Assembly (NCBI GenBank): GCA_964589625.1
Contig: CAZPSH010000007.1
Location: 9,221 to 73,220, forward strand
Source of the DNA: an uncultured Thermoanaerobaculia bacterium
GTDB lineage: Bacteria > Acidobacteriota > UBA4820 > DSQY01
Length of the DNA: 64,000 nt
Direction of reading: 5' to 3'
The notes under the pieces were generated by a model. It made no database searches. It was not told the origin of the DNA and worked only from the letters and a program-made list of their open reading frames with translations. Below are positions 1-9,585 of the stretch, piece after piece. Every line of letters starts with the position of its first letter. The stretch's first letter is position 1. The position numbers and the translations under genes are program-made.

Positions 1-212
1 AACCGGTCCGAGAGCACGCCCGAGAACACCTTCAGGAGGCTCGCGAGGGCTTCCGCCACCCCTTCCACGAGGCCCAGGGAGGTTCGCGAGGCCTTGAGGA
101 CCCCCGTCAGGAAGAGGGGCAGGAGGGGATAGATCATCTCCGAGGAGATGTCGTTGAACAGGCTGACAAAGCCCGCGATCCACACGTTCCGGGGGAGTCT
201 CCTCGGCTCCAT
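1..212 (-). CDS. MFS transporter, N-terminal part (partial, runs off the window start)
   Basis: The reverse-complement of 1-212 translates from an ATG (complement of 210-212) as [34 protein letters not shown]...GVLSDR. This has the hydrophobic TM1 and the G-x-L-x-DR loop typical of MFS transporters. It is absent from the ORF track because it has no stop inside the window. Confidence 0.5.
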   Translation of the reverse strand, partial: MEPRRLPRNVWIAGFVSLFNDISSEMIYPLLPLFLTGVLKASRTSLGLVEGVAEALASLLKVFSGVLSDR

Positions 213-320
213 GGGGACTATTGTCGCTCCCCGGCCGGGAGGGATGCAAGACGAGCCGGACGGGGGAGAGGCCCGGAGAACCTCCGCGGTTTCGTGCTAC
301 GCTTTCCGGGGAGGTGGGGA

Positions 321-1328
321 ATGGCTCTCCTGGACGACATCCGCGGGCGCGCGGCCGCCGATCTCAAGCGAATCGCCCTGCCCGAGACGGACGACCCCAG
401 GACACTGGAAGCCGTCCGACTGATCCGCTCGGCCCGCACGGCGACGCCGGTCCTCGTGGGGGACCGGGGGCGCCTGTCCCAGCGGCTGATGGACCTGGGC
501 TTGTCCGGCGCCGACGTGGAGGTCCTGGATCCTTCCGAGCCTCGATTCGAGCAGGAGGCGGCCAGGACCTACCTGGAACGCAATCGCAGTCGTGGAGCCA
601 CGGAGGACGAGGCGCGCGCCCTTGCCCGCCGCCCCTTGTACGCCGCGTGCCTCCTGGCGGCACAGGGAAGGGCCGACGGGGTGGTTTCGGGCGCCACCCA
701 CACGACCGCCGAATCGGTGCGGGCCTATCTCCGCTGCTTCGGCCCGGCGCAGGGCGTGCGGACCGTTTCCTCCTTCTTCCTGATGGTCACTCCCCGGCGC
801 GAGTTCGGCGAGGACGGCGTTTTCGTCTACTCCGACGCGGGGCTGGTTCCCTATCCGAACTCGGACCAGCTTGCGGAAATCGCCCTGTGCGCCGCCGAGT
901 CCTTCCGGCTTCTCGTGAACCGCGAGCCCAAAGTGGCCTTTCTTTCCTTCTCCACCAAAGGATCGGCCCGGCACGAGAGCGTGGACAAGGTGGTGCGGGC
1001 GTTGGAGACCTTCCGGGCCAGAGCCCCTCACGTGAAGGCCGACGGCGAACTCCAGGGTGACGCAGCCCTCGTTCCGAAGGTGGGGGCCTCCAAGTCCCCT
1101 GGGAGCCCGGTGGCGGGTCAGGCCAACGTCCTCATCTTCCCCAACCTTGACGCGGGCAACATCGCCTACAAGCTCACGGAGAGGCTAGCCGGGGCCACCG
1201 CGCTCGGCCCCATTCTCCAGGGTCTTTCGGCCGCGGCCAACGATCTCAGCCGAGGTTGCTCGGCCCAGGACATCGCGGACGTGGCCGCCGTCACCGCCGT
1301 GCAGGCTCAGGCCCTGCGCCCCCGGTGA
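321..1328 (+). CDS. pta: phosphate acetyl/butyryltransferase (short Pta/Ptb family)
   Basis: ATG at 321 follows GGAGGTGGGG. The protein has [11 protein letters not shown]..., [27 protein letters not shown] and LGPILQGL blocks characteristic of phosphotransacetylase. The ORF-track upstream extension from 294 is probably not translated. Confidence 0.8.
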   Translation: MALLDDIRGRAAADLKRIALPETDDPRTLEAVRLIRSARTATPVLVGDRGRLSQRLMDLGLSGADVEVLDPSEPRFEQEAARTYLERNRSRGATEDEARALARRPLYAACLLAAQGRADGVVSGATHTTAESVRAYLRCFGPAQGVRTVSSFFLMVTPRREFGEDGVFVYSDAGLVPYPNSDQLAEIALCAAESFRLLVNREPKVAFLSFSTKGSARHESVDKVVRALETFRARAPHVKADGELQGDAALVPKVGASKSPGSPVAGQANVLIFPNLDAGNIAYKLTERLAGATALGPILQGLSAAANDLSRGCSAQDIADVAAVTAVQAQALRPR

Positions 1329-1339
1329 GGGAACAGAGA

Positions 1340-2035
1340 ATGGCGGAGCCGTCACCTGCATCGCCTTCCCGACTCGGGGTCGCTACCGCCGTCCTCATCC
1401 CGGCGCGGGACTGCGGGGACGCCGTCGGCGGGATCGTCCGGAGCCTCGTCCACCTCGGGCTTTCGGTGACCGTGGTGGACGACGGGTCCTCCGATGGAAC
1501 GGGAAGGGAGGCCGCCGCGGCCGGGGCCCGGGTCCTTACGCGGCCCGCGCCCGCCGGAAAGGGGGCGGCCCTGCGCCTCGGGCTGGCGGATCTGTTGCGC
1601 GATCCGGCCCTGGATTGGATCCTGCTTATGGACGGGGACGGTCAGCACCTACCCGCAGAGGCCGAGCGCCTCCTCCGGGCCCGGGCTCCCGAGATCGATC
1701 TGATCCTCGGGAACCGGATGGGGCAATCCGAGCGCTTTCCCCCTCTGAGGCTGTGGGCGAACCGCCTCGGAACGAGGCTCGTGGCCTTGTTGACCAGGGA
1801 ACCGATCCCCGACTCCCAGTGCGGGTTCCGGGTACTCCGAGCCAATCTGGCCCGCTCGATCCGGATCGAATCCGACGGCTTCGGCGTGGACGCCGAGATC
1901 CTCCTCAAGGCGCTCGGCGCGAAGGCGCGATGGACCCATGTGCCGGTGAGCGCGGTGTATCAGGGTGGAGGGAGCCACTTCCGGGCCGTGACCGACACCG
2001 TCAGGGTCCTGATGGCGATCCTGCGTCATGCCTGA
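1340..2035 (+). CDS. family 2 glycosyltransferase (DPM1/GtrB-like)
   Basis: Internal ATG at 1340 of ORF 1256-2035. VLIPARDCGD...VVDDGSSDGT...DGDGQH...DSQCGFR are GT2 (GT-A fold, DxD) motifs. Confidence 0.75.
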   Translation: MAEPSPASPSRLGVATAVLIPARDCGDAVGGIVRSLVHLGLSVTVVDDGSSDGTGREAAAAGARVLTRPAPAGKGAALRLGLADLLRDPALDWILLMDGDGQHLPAEAERLLRARAPEIDLILGNRMGQSERFPPLRLWANRLGTRLVALLTREPIPDSQCGFRVLRANLARSIRIESDGFGVDAEILLKALGAKARWTHVPVSAVYQGGGSHFRAVTDTVRVLMAILRHA

Positions 2036-2915
2036 CCGTGCGCCTTCGGTCCCCTGGGGCAAGGGTCCCCTGAACCGGGGTTGGCTCCTCGGGCTGGGCG
2101 AGGCCGTGGCCCTCGCCCTCTCCCAACGGGTGTCCCGGGCGCTGGCCGAGTCCCTGGCGGAAGCCTACGCGGTGCACGTGCCGGAGGCCCGGCGGGCTCT
2201 CGCGTCCAACCTGCGGGGCGCCTTTCCCGACTTACCTCCAGGAGGCCCGGAGGAGCTCGCCGTCCGGACGATTCGCGCCTACGCCCGCGGCGTTTCGGAT
2301 TACCTCCGGGCGTCGGCCGACCCGCCCCGCGTCTTTCCCCAGTCGCCGGAGGCCTCGAAACGAATCGCCTCGACCGGCGGCAAGGTCCTCGTCACGGCCC
2401 ACCTGGGCAACTGGGAGATCGGCGGCGCCTTCCTTGCCGAATCCGTGGGACCGCACTGGATTCTGGGCTTTCCAGAGTCGGACCCGGGTCTTGAACGCTT
2501 TCGGAGCCGGAGACGGGATCGACAAGGTCACAGGTATCTCCCCGCGGACGCCGTTCTCAAGGCCCTGCCCGCGCTCCGGGCGTCCCTGGAGCGAGGAGAG
2601 AGCGCGGTGATCCTCGCCGACCGGGCCGTGGGGAGAGACTGCGCACCGGTGGTCTTTCGGGGCCGTCCCGCCCGCTTCCTCCGGAGCCCGGCCCTTCTGG
2701 CGGCCTTGGCCGACGTTCCCCTGGTGCCCACGGCGGTCATGGCGGAGGAAGATGGCACGTACACGGCTTGGGTCGGGTTACCTTCGCGGTGCGGGGGAGA
2801 CGACGGATCGGTCCGCGCCGCCCTTCAGGGTGCGGCGGACTTCTTCGGGGCCGTATTGGAACGGTATCCGGACCAGTGGTACACTTTTTATCCGTATTGG
2901 CAGGAGGGTCCATGA
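2028..2915 (+). CDS. lysophospholipid / lipid A late acyltransferase (LPLAT, HtrB/MsbB family)
   Basis: Contains HLGNWE, the HX4D-type catalytic motif of the lipid A biosynthesis acyltransferase family. Overlaps the preceding GT by 8 bp. Confidence 0.7.
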   Translation: MPDRAPSVPWGKGPLNRGWLLGLGEAVALALSQRVSRALAESLAEAYAVHVPEARRALASNLRGAFPDLPPGGPEELAVRTIRAYARGVSDYLRASADPPRVFPQSPEASKRIASTGGKVLVTAHLGNWEIGGAFLAESVGPHWILGFPESDPGLERFRSRRRDRQGHRYLPADAVLKALPALRASLERGESAVILADRAVGRDCAPVVFRGRPARFLRSPALLAALADVPLVPTAVMAEEDGTYTAWVGLPSRCGGDDGSVRAALQGAADFFGAVLERYPDQWYTFYPYWQEGP

Positions 2916-3259
2916 CGAACCTGGAGGTCACGTCGGAGACGCGGGACGGCGTCGTGATCGTCCGCCTCAAGGGCTTCCTGGATGCCCACAACCACGGGCT
3001 CTTCCGGGAGTGCGTGGCGGACCATGTGGCCCGCGGCGCCGACAGGCTGGTGGTGGATTTTTCTCAGCTCGTGTACATCGGCTCCTCCGGCATCGAAGTC
3101 GTCCTCTCCCACATCCAACCCCTCAGGGACCGGGGGGGCGACATGATCTTGTGCGGCATGTCGCCGAAGATCTTCAAGGTGTTCGACCTGCTCGGACTCC
3201 CCGCGCTGTTCGTGATCTGCAAGGACGCCGAAGAAGCCCTCCAAAAGGTCCATGGGTGA
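2912..3259 (+). CDS. STAS-domain protein (anti-sigma-factor antagonist family)
   Basis: MTNLEVTSETRDGVVIVRLKGFLDAHN...VDFSQLVYIGSSGI...FKVFDLLGL matches the SpoIIAA/STAS fold pattern. ATG at 2912 overlaps the stop of the acyltransferase. Confidence 0.7.
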   Translation: MTNLEVTSETRDGVVIVRLKGFLDAHNHGLFRECVADHVARGADRLVVDFSQLVYIGSSGIEVVLSHIQPLRDRGGDMILCGMSPKIFKVFDLLGLPALFVICKDAEEALQKVHG

Positions 3260-3875
3260 TCCCTGGACCTACCTCCGCCCGCTGGAGCCCGCCTTCGCCG
3301 AGTGCAAGGAGAAGGGCTCCCGGTTCCTGGGTCATGCGGGGCCCATCGATTCCCCGGCGGGGGCCCTCGCCCTTCTGGAGGGGCTGAGGCGCCGCTACCA
3401 CGACGCGACTCACCACTGTTGGGCGTACCGCTCCGGCTGGTCGAGCGCGATGGAGTCGCGCTTCTCGGACGACGGGGAGCCCTCCCGGACGGCCGGGCTT
3501 CCGATACTCCAGACGATGGAAGCCCGGGGTGTCTCGGACGCCTGCGTGGTTGTCGTGAGATACTTCGGCGGGATCAAGCTTGGGCCGGGGGGCCTGGCGC
3601 GGGCCTACAGGACGGCGGCCGCCGAGGCCCTTGATGCGGCCCGGCTCACGCCCCATGTTATACGCGTCGAGACGGAGGTCACGATCCCCTATGGGCTTCA
3701 GAGCCTCCTTCGGAGGGAGGCCGACCGGCTGGGTGCGGAACTGGAGGACGTCGGCTATGGAGAGCGTCTGATCGTCCGCGCGCGAGTCCCGAAGGGGCGG
3801 TGGACGGAGTTCGAGACGGCCCTTGGGGCCCTGTCCGAATCCTGCGGGGGAGGAATCACATGGAAATCGAAGTGA
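3252..3875 (+). CDS. YigZ / IMPACT family protein
   Basis: GSRFLGH...HHCWAYR...DDGEPSRTAG...VVVRYFGGIKLG are UPF0029/IMPACT motifs. Confidence 0.75.
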   Translation: MGDPWTYLRPLEPAFAECKEKGSRFLGHAGPIDSPAGALALLEGLRRRYHDATHHCWAYRSGWSSAMESRFSDDGEPSRTAGLPILQTMEARGVSDACVVVVRYFGGIKLGPGGLARAYRTAAAEALDAARLTPHVIRVETEVTIPYGLQSLLRREADRLGAELEDVGYGERLIVRARVPKGRWTEFETALGALSESCGGGITWKSK

Positions 3876-4423
3876 AGGTGGCCGTGGAATCCCTCCCGAT
3901 GGTAGCCGAAAAGGCGAGACGGCTCGGATTCGAGGAGGTGGAGCCCAGGCACTTTGAGGCCAACACCCTCTACGACTTCCCTGGCCGCCCCCTCTCCGTG
4001 GCGGGGTGCCTGCTGAGGGTGAGGGAGTGCCGGGGAACGGCGCTCCTGACCTTCAAGGGCCGGCTTGTCCAGCACGAACGGTACAAGATCCGTCCCGAAA
4101 AGGAGACCGTCTGCGAGAGCGCCGAGTCCCTCCGAGGGATTCTGGAGGGGATCGGCCTCCGCCCCTTTTTCCGGTACGAGAAGTTCCGAACGGAGTTCCG
4201 CGCCCCTTCCAATACGCTTCTCTGCCTGGACGAGATGCCCTTCGGCCCCTACCTGGAGCTGGAGGGGGAGCCGGAGGGCATCGAGGCCGTCGCCTCGGCC
4301 CTCTCCATCGAACCGGAATCCTTCATCCGCAGGTCTTACGCCGACCTGTACGGGGAGCACTGCCGGAAGCTCGGAATGCCTTTCGGCGACATCCTCTTTC
4401 CTCCGGATCATGACCGCACTTAG
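3860..4423 (+). CDS. CYTH-domain protein (CyaB-like class IV adenylyl cyclase / triphosphatase fold)
   Basis: MEIEVKV at the N-terminus (EXEXK motif). Size is about 187 aa. ATG at 3860 follows GGAGGAATCAC. Confidence 0.65.
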   Translation: MEIEVKVAVESLPMVAEKARRLGFEEVEPRHFEANTLYDFPGRPLSVAGCLLRVRECRGTALLTFKGRLVQHERYKIRPEKETVCESAESLRGILEGIGLRPFFRYEKFRTEFRAPSNTLLCLDEMPFGPYLELEGEPEGIEAVASALSIEPESFIRRSYADLYGEHCRKLGMPFGDILFPPDHDRT

Positions 4424-5348
4424 GGCCGTCGTTCTTGCGGCGGGGTTGGGGACCCGGATGCGGCCCCTCTCCCTCCGGTGGCCGAAGCCCGCCCTCCCCC
4501 TTCTGAATCGGCCCTTGCTCCACTGGATCCTGGACGGACTTGAGGCAGCCGGAGTCCGGGAGGTTCTTGTCAACCTCCATCACCGAGCCACCATGCTGAC
4601 CCGCGTGGGGGCGTTGCGGCCGGGTCCGTCATCCATTCGTTGGTTTTTCGAGCCCACGATCCTGGGTACGGCCGGGCCCCTCCCGGTCCTGGCGGCCGAC
4701 CTGGGTCGGGATCCCTTCCTCGTTCTGAACGGGGACACCCTTTTCCTCCCTCCGATTGAGGCCCTGCGGTCCGAACTGCAGGCGCATCCGGAGGCCCTCT
4801 GCGCCATGGCCCTCCGGCCCCGCGAAGGGTTCTACACGGCCGTGGAAATGGACGAAACGGGACGGATCGTTGATTTCGGACGCGGCGACTATCACTTCTC
4901 CGGGGCTTACATGGCGCGGCCGGACCTGTTCGGCCGACTGGCCCCAGGGCGACCCGCCGAGCTCCTCGCCCACGTCCTGCGCCCGCTCCTGTCTTCGGGT
5001 CGAATCCGGGGAGTCTCCACCGCAGGCTCCTGGTTCGACCTGGGGAGCCCTCCGGGTTACCTGGAAGCGGCCATGCGACTGCTCGGCGCCATGTCCCGCG
5101 GGGAGATTCGGGTTCCCGATGGGTCGCGAATCGAGGTCCGGGACGGGTCCCCCCTCCTTCTCCATCCCACCGCCTGGGCCTCCCGGCGCTCGGAAGTTTC
5201 GGGACCTTTGGTGCTTGAAGAAGGGGCCCTCCTGGGCCCCCGGTGCCGAGCCGGTCGGGCGGTGCTTCTCCCCGGCGCCCGCCCGGCGCCGCGTCAGACC
5301 CTGGAAGGCGTCCTGGTGTGGCCGGGCGGGATGCTGAAGGGATCGTGA
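4410..5348 (+). CDS. sugar-phosphate nucleotidyltransferase (NTP-transferase family)
   Basis: MTALRAVVLAAGLGTRMRPLS is the G-x-G-T-R nucleotidyltransferase signature. Internal ATG at 4410 of ORF 4065-5348; the upstream extension is GC-rich open frame only. Confidence 0.7.
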   Translation: MTALRAVVLAAGLGTRMRPLSLRWPKPALPLLNRPLLHWILDGLEAAGVREVLVNLHHRATMLTRVGALRPGPSSIRWFFEPTILGTAGPLPVLAADLGRDPFLVLNGDTLFLPPIEALRSELQAHPEALCAMALRPREGFYTAVEMDETGRIVDFGRGDYHFSGAYMARPDLFGRLAPGRPAELLAHVLRPLLSSGRIRGVSTAGSWFDLGSPPGYLEAAMRLLGAMSRGEIRVPDGSRIEVRDGSPLLLHPTAWASRRSEVSGPLVLEEGALLGPRCRAGRAVLLPGARPAPRQTLEGVLVWPGGMLKGS

Positions 5349-5398
5349 GGGAGAATCCGCTTGTGTTTTAATGATCCGCTGAGGGAGGGAACCTCAAG

Positions 5399-6187
5399 GT
5401 GATGGAGCGCGCGAAGGTGACCGCCCTGATCCCGGCGGGGAACGAGGCCCACCAGATCCGAGAGGCCATTCACAGCGTGGAATGGGCCGACGAGGTCTTC
5501 GTGGTGGCCGACGCGGCCGGCACCGACGGGACGGCCACCGCCGCCGGTTCCGTACCGGGGGTTCGCGTGGAGGTGCACGAGTACGGCTACTCGGCGGCCC
5601 AGAAGAACTGGGCGATCCCGCGGGCCTCCCATCCCTGGATCTTCCTCCTCGACGCCGACGAGCGATGCACGAGCGAGCTCAGGGAGGAGGTGCTGGCCCT
5701 TCTTGCCCGGGGACCCAAGGACGATGCCTATTGGATCCGGCGGCGCAACCTCTACTTCGGCCGCGTGATGCGCTTCGGGGGTTGGCAGACCGACTCGGTC
5801 ATCCGACTCTTCCGTAGGGAGTGCCGCTACGCTGACCGGCGGGTTCACGCGGAGATCGGAGGCTTCCGGTCTGCCGGAAGGCTCGCGGGTTTTCTCCTCC
5901 ACGACACGTTTCGCGACTGGGAGTTCTACCTTGCCAAGCTGGACCGTTACACCACTTGGGGGGCCGAGCAGGACCTGAAGGACGGCAAGCGGGCCGGATT
6001 CGTGAACGTGGCCCTCCGCCCGGCGTTCCGTTTCGTCAAACAGTACGTCCTCCGGCTGGGGTTCCTGGACGGAATCCCAGGGGTCATCGCCGTCTATCTC
6101 GCCGTGTACGGGGTCTTCCTCAAGTACGCCAAGATGTGGGACATGCAAAGAAGGAGCGGAGAGGGCGGGCGCCCCCCCTCCACCTGA
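5399..6187 (+). CDS. family 2 glycosyltransferase (LPS-core type, WaaE/KdtX-like)
   Basis: VTALIPAGNEA...FLLDADE... GT2 signature, with a C-terminal amphipathic/hydrophobic tail. Confidence 0.75.
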   Translation: MMERAKVTALIPAGNEAHQIREAIHSVEWADEVFVVADAAGTDGTATAAGSVPGVRVEVHEYGYSAAQKNWAIPRASHPWIFLLDADERCTSELREEVLALLARGPKDDAYWIRRRNLYFGRVMRFGGWQTDSVIRLFRRECRYADRRVHAEIGGFRSAGRLAGFLLHDTFRDWEFYLAKLDRYTTWGAEQDLKDGKRAGFVNVALRPAFRFVKQYVLRLGFLDGIPGVIAVYLAVYGVFLKYAKMWDMQRRSGEGGRPPST

Positions 6188-6295
6188 TCGCCCCTTGGCG
6201 GCACGACGGGACCAAATCGGACCGCATGAAACCCCCGTCCCACCTTGACAGGCCTGTCTGCGACAGCCGATAATCGGGCCCAGAAGAGGCCTGCC

Positions 6296-7672
6296 ATGAG
6301 GAGATTTCTCCCCCTGTTGGTATCCGTCTCCACCCTGATCGCCCCCATCCTGACGGCCGCCGGCGGCGCAGTACGCATCCGGCTGGAGGGCGCCGTCCAT
6401 AAGGTGACCGAGGAGTACGTGCTCCAGGCCCTTTCGGAGGCGGCACTCCAAAAGGCCGAGGTCGTTCTCCTCGTCATAGACACCCCGGGCGGCTTCGTGA
6501 GCTCCGTTGAGGAGATCCAGAGGGCCATCCTCCAATCCCCGATTCCGGTGGTGGCCTACGTGAGCCCCGTCAACGCGCGGGCCGCCTCCGGCGGGGCGCT
6601 CGTGGCCCTCTCCTGCGACCTCATCGCCATGGCACCGGGCACGACCATCGGCTCGGCGCACCCCGTGAGCGCCCTCCCCTTCACCCTCCCCACCGCACCC
6701 CCCAAGTCCCCTGGAGAGCGGGGAAGCAAGGAAGATGGCGAATCCCCCGCCCGCCCCTCGGGCGAGGAGATCATGCTGGAGAAGATCCTGAACGATCTGT
6801 CGGCCCATGCCCGGACCCTTGCCGAACACCGGGGGAGGAGCCCCGAGGCCTATGAGAAGATGCTGAGGGAGAGCGTCTCCTTCACAGAGAAGGAGGCCAT
6901 GGCCCAAGGCGCCATCGAACTTGTGGCCAAGGGGGAGGAAGAGGTCTTTGCCTACCTGGAGGCGCACCCCATCCGCCGTTTCGACGGGACCGAGGTGAAC
7001 CTGAATCTGGGGAAGACTCCCCAGGTGCGGGACTTGGTGCCGACGCTTCGCCAGAAGGTCTTCTCCGGACTGGCGAATCCCAACTTGACCCTGGTCCTGC
7101 TTCTCCTGGGAGTCATCGGGCTTTACGCGGAATTCAAAGCGCCCGGGCTGATCCTGCCCGGGGTGGTGGGCGGAATCTGCATCCTCCTCTTCGCCATGTC
7201 CACCCAGCTCCTCCCGATCAACGCCGTGGGCCTGCTCCTGATTCTCCTGGGCATCGCCTTCCTCCTCTTGGAGATCAAGGTCGCCTCGTATGGTATTCTG
7301 GGCACGGGAGGGGTTGTGTCTCTCCTCGTGGGAAGCCTTTTGCTCTACAGGAACAGCCCTATACCGGAGTTGAAAGTGTCGATGCTCTTCGTGCTCCCCA
7401 TCGTTCTGGTCTTCGCGGCCATCCTGTTCTTCCTCGTGACCTTGGCGGTCCGGGCGTTCCGGAACCCCGTCGTCACGGGAGAAGAGGGAATGGTCGGCAT
7501 GGAGGGCGAGGTTCGGGAGGGAATCCACCCTCCCTCGCCCGGAAAGGTCTTTCTGTTCGGCGAATACTGGAACGCCGTGTGCGATCGGCCCGTGGAGGCC
7601 GGCAGCAAGATCCGCGTCATCGGTCGCGAGGGGATGACCCTTCGGGTCGCCCCCCTCGAAAAGGGAGGGTAA
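6296..7672 (+). CDS. NfeD-family membrane-bound ClpP-class serine protease
   Basis: Signal/TM at the N-terminus, a ClpP-like fold block ([15 protein letters not shown]...[12 protein letters not shown]), central TM helices and a C-terminal OB/NfeD beta domain. Lies immediately upstream of a stomatin gene. Confidence 0.75.
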   Translation: MRRFLPLLVSVSTLIAPILTAAGGAVRIRLEGAVHKVTEEYVLQALSEAALQKAEVVLLVIDTPGGFVSSVEEIQRAILQSPIPVVAYVSPVNARAASGGALVALSCDLIAMAPGTTIGSAHPVSALPFTLPTAPPKSPGERGSKEDGESPARPSGEEIMLEKILNDLSAHARTLAEHRGRSPEAYEKMLRESVSFTEKEAMAQGAIELVAKGEEEVFAYLEAHPIRRFDGTEVNLNLGKTPQVRDLVPTLRQKVFSGLANPNLTLVLLLLGVIGLYAEFKAPGLILPGVVGGICILLFAMSTQLLPINAVGLLLILLGIAFLLLEIKVASYGILGTGGVVSLLVGSLLLYRNSPIPELKVSMLFVLPIVLVFAAILFFLVTLAVRAFRNPVVTGEEGMVGMEGEVREGIHPPSPGKVFLFGEYWNAVCDRPVEAGSKIRVIGREGMTLRVAPLEKGG

Positions 7673-7674
7673 TC

Positions 7675-8439
7675 ATGCCGCCGCTCAGTTTCCCCGTCGT
7701 CGCCGTCGTCGTCATCTTTCTGGGCTGGCTCTTCTCGTGCATAAACATTTTGAACGAGTACGAGAGGGGCGTCATCTTTCGCCTGGGCCGCGTCCTTCCC
7801 CAACCCAAGGGACCGGGGCTCATCTTCGTCTTCAAGCCCTTCGACCGGATCGTGCGCGTGGCCCTCCGGACCATCGTCCTCGACGTCCCCCCTCAGGACA
7901 TCATCACCAAAGACAACGTCTCGGTGAAGGTCAACGCGGTTGTCTACTTTCGGGCCGTGGACCCTCTGAGGGCCATCCTCCAGGTGGAGAACTACATCTA
8001 CGCGACCTCCCAACTCTCACAGACCACCCTCCGGTCCATCCTGGGGCAGGCCAGCCTGGACGAGCTCCTCTCCGAGCGGGAGAAGCTCAGCCAGGAGCTC
8101 CAAGAGGTCATTGATCAACATACCGACCCGTGGGGGGTCAAGGTGACCCAGGTGGCCATCAAGCAGGTGGACCTCCCACAGGACATGCAGCGCGCCATGG
8201 CCCTTCAAGCCCAGGCCGAGCGGGAAAAGCGTGCCAAGATCATCAACGCCGACGGCGAATTCCAGGCCTCCCAGACCCTAGCCAACGCGGCCGATATCAT
8301 GGCCCAGAATCCCATCACGATGCAGCTGCGGTACCTGCAGACGCTTACCCAGATCAGCGCCGAAAACGCCTCCACGATCGTATTCCCGGTGCCCGTGGAG
8401 TTCCTGAGCGGCCTGTTGAAGGGACGAGACAAGGCGTAG
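7675..8439 (+). CDS. SPFH/band-7 (stomatin-like) protein
   Basis: N-terminal TM followed by an SPFH domain ([37 protein letters not shown]...). ATG at 7675 lies 3 bp after the NfeD stop. Confidence 0.85.
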   Translation: MPPLSFPVVAVVVIFLGWLFSCINILNEYERGVIFRLGRVLPQPKGPGLIFVFKPFDRIVRVALRTIVLDVPPQDIITKDNVSVKVNAVVYFRAVDPLRAILQVENYIYATSQLSQTTLRSILGQASLDELLSEREKLSQELQEVIDQHTDPWGVKVTQVAIKQVDLPQDMQRAMALQAQAEREKRAKIINADGEFQASQTLANAADIMAQNPITMQLRYLQTLTQISAENASTIVFPVPVEFLSGLLKGRDKA

Positions 8440-8528
8440 CGGAGAAGCCCCATGTCTTTGCCGTCCCGCCTGTCCACGCGCGCGCTCCCGGATGGGGGCG
8501 ACCTTCTCCGATCGGGGAGAGGTGACGG

Positions 8529-9578
8529 GTGAAGTCCGCGCGAAGGCTGCCACCGGGGCTCGAATTGGAGGTGTACAGGGACCTGGCCCGGACCTTCCGT
8601 TCCTTCGAGCTGAAGACCGTGGCCGAAGAGATCTTGAACTCCCTCCTCACCCACTTGTCGGCGGACTACGGTGTGCTCATGCTCCTCGGCGAGAAGGGCC
8701 ACTACGTGGAGCGGATCTTCCGGGCCGGCTTTACCCCTGTCCGCCACACCGCGGACCGGTTTGGGCTTACGCGATCGGACGTGGAGGCCCTGGCCCGCGA
8801 CATGATCCCCAAGTTCAAGACCTTCGGCCCAGGCGCCGGGGATCGCCCCCCTGCCATCGAGGAGGGCGCCCCCATCGGATGCCTGGCCCTCTTTCCGATC
8901 CAGCTTGTCTACGACTACGCGGGACTCATCCTGCTGGCTTCAAGGGAGGACCGTCACGACTCCACCCTGCTCAATCCGGAGGGCTTCCGCTTGCTGGAGC
9001 GGGCCCTGCCGGACCTTTCCTTCGCGCTCAAGAACGCCCTGACGGCCCGCCGAATGAACGAACTCATCACAAAGGACGACCTCACCCTTGCTTTTAATCG
9101 CCGCTTCTTTGAGGACTACCTGTCCGAGGAGATGGAGCGCGCCCGGCGGTACAACAACCCTCTCTCCCTCATCTTCCTCGACCTTGACGGCCTTCGGGAG
9201 GTCAACAACCGGTTCGGCCACGCCATGGGAAGCCGGACCCTCCAGGAGGCCGCGGCCCGCATCATGAACGCCGTCCGCTCCATCGACAAGGTCATCCGGT
9301 ACGGCGGCGACGAGTTCTGCATCGTACTGCCGGAGACGCCCTGGGAGGGGGCCCTGGAGGTGGCGGAGCGCATCCGCCAGAGGCTCGCTTCGACCCCCTT
9401 CCTCCTGGAGGAGACCGGAGGGATCGAGATCACGGGATCCTTCGGACTTTCCTCCTATCCTGCCCACGCCCTGACCAAGGAGGATCTCATCAAGAGGGCC
9501 GACGAGGCCATGTACCGGATCAAGAGCCAGACCAAGAACGACATTCAGGTGGCCCGTCCCCTCAAGCGATTCCCGTGA
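8529..9578 (+). CDS. diguanylate cyclase with N-terminal GAF-like sensor domain
   Basis: RYGGDEFCIVLP active site with an upstream RSID I-site (RxxD). GTG start after GGAGAGG. Confidence 0.8.
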   Translation: MKSARRLPPGLELEVYRDLARTFRSFELKTVAEEILNSLLTHLSADYGVLMLLGEKGHYVERIFRAGFTPVRHTADRFGLTRSDVEALARDMIPKFKTFGPGAGDRPPAIEEGAPIGCLALFPIQLVYDYAGLILLASREDRHDSTLLNPEGFRLLERALPDLSFALKNALTARRMNELITKDDLTLAFNRRFFEDYLSEEMERARRYNNPLSLIFLDLDGLREVNNRFGHAMGSRTLQEAAARIMNAVRSIDKVIRYGGDEFCIVLPETPWEGALEVAERIRQRLASTPFLLEETGGIEITGSFGLSSYPAHALTKEDLIKRADEAMYRIKSQTKNDIQVARPLKRFP

Positions 9579-9585
9579 GCCTCCC

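Noticed and set aside
1256-1339. N-terminal extensions of ORF-track entries at 1256, 4065, 12698, 43737, 50161-51774, 31300-33264, 33710-35191 and 61016.
   Set aside because: Homology and RBS placement indicate internal start codons. The upstream parts overlap neighbouring genes or are compositionally non-protein-like.
5294-7528. 744-aa ORF on the minus strand. Similar very long ORFs occur at 14662-16023(-), 21635-22984(-), 29325-31016(-), 35718-38033(+), 46622-48463(-), 54256-55368(-).
   Set aside because: All run antisense to well-supported genes (GT2/NfeD, DUF1573/efp, pilN/pilM, aldehyde dehydrogenase, lon, the ABC permeases, the desaturase). Their translations are Arg/Gly/Pro-rich low-complexity strings typical of open antisense frames in high-GC DNA.
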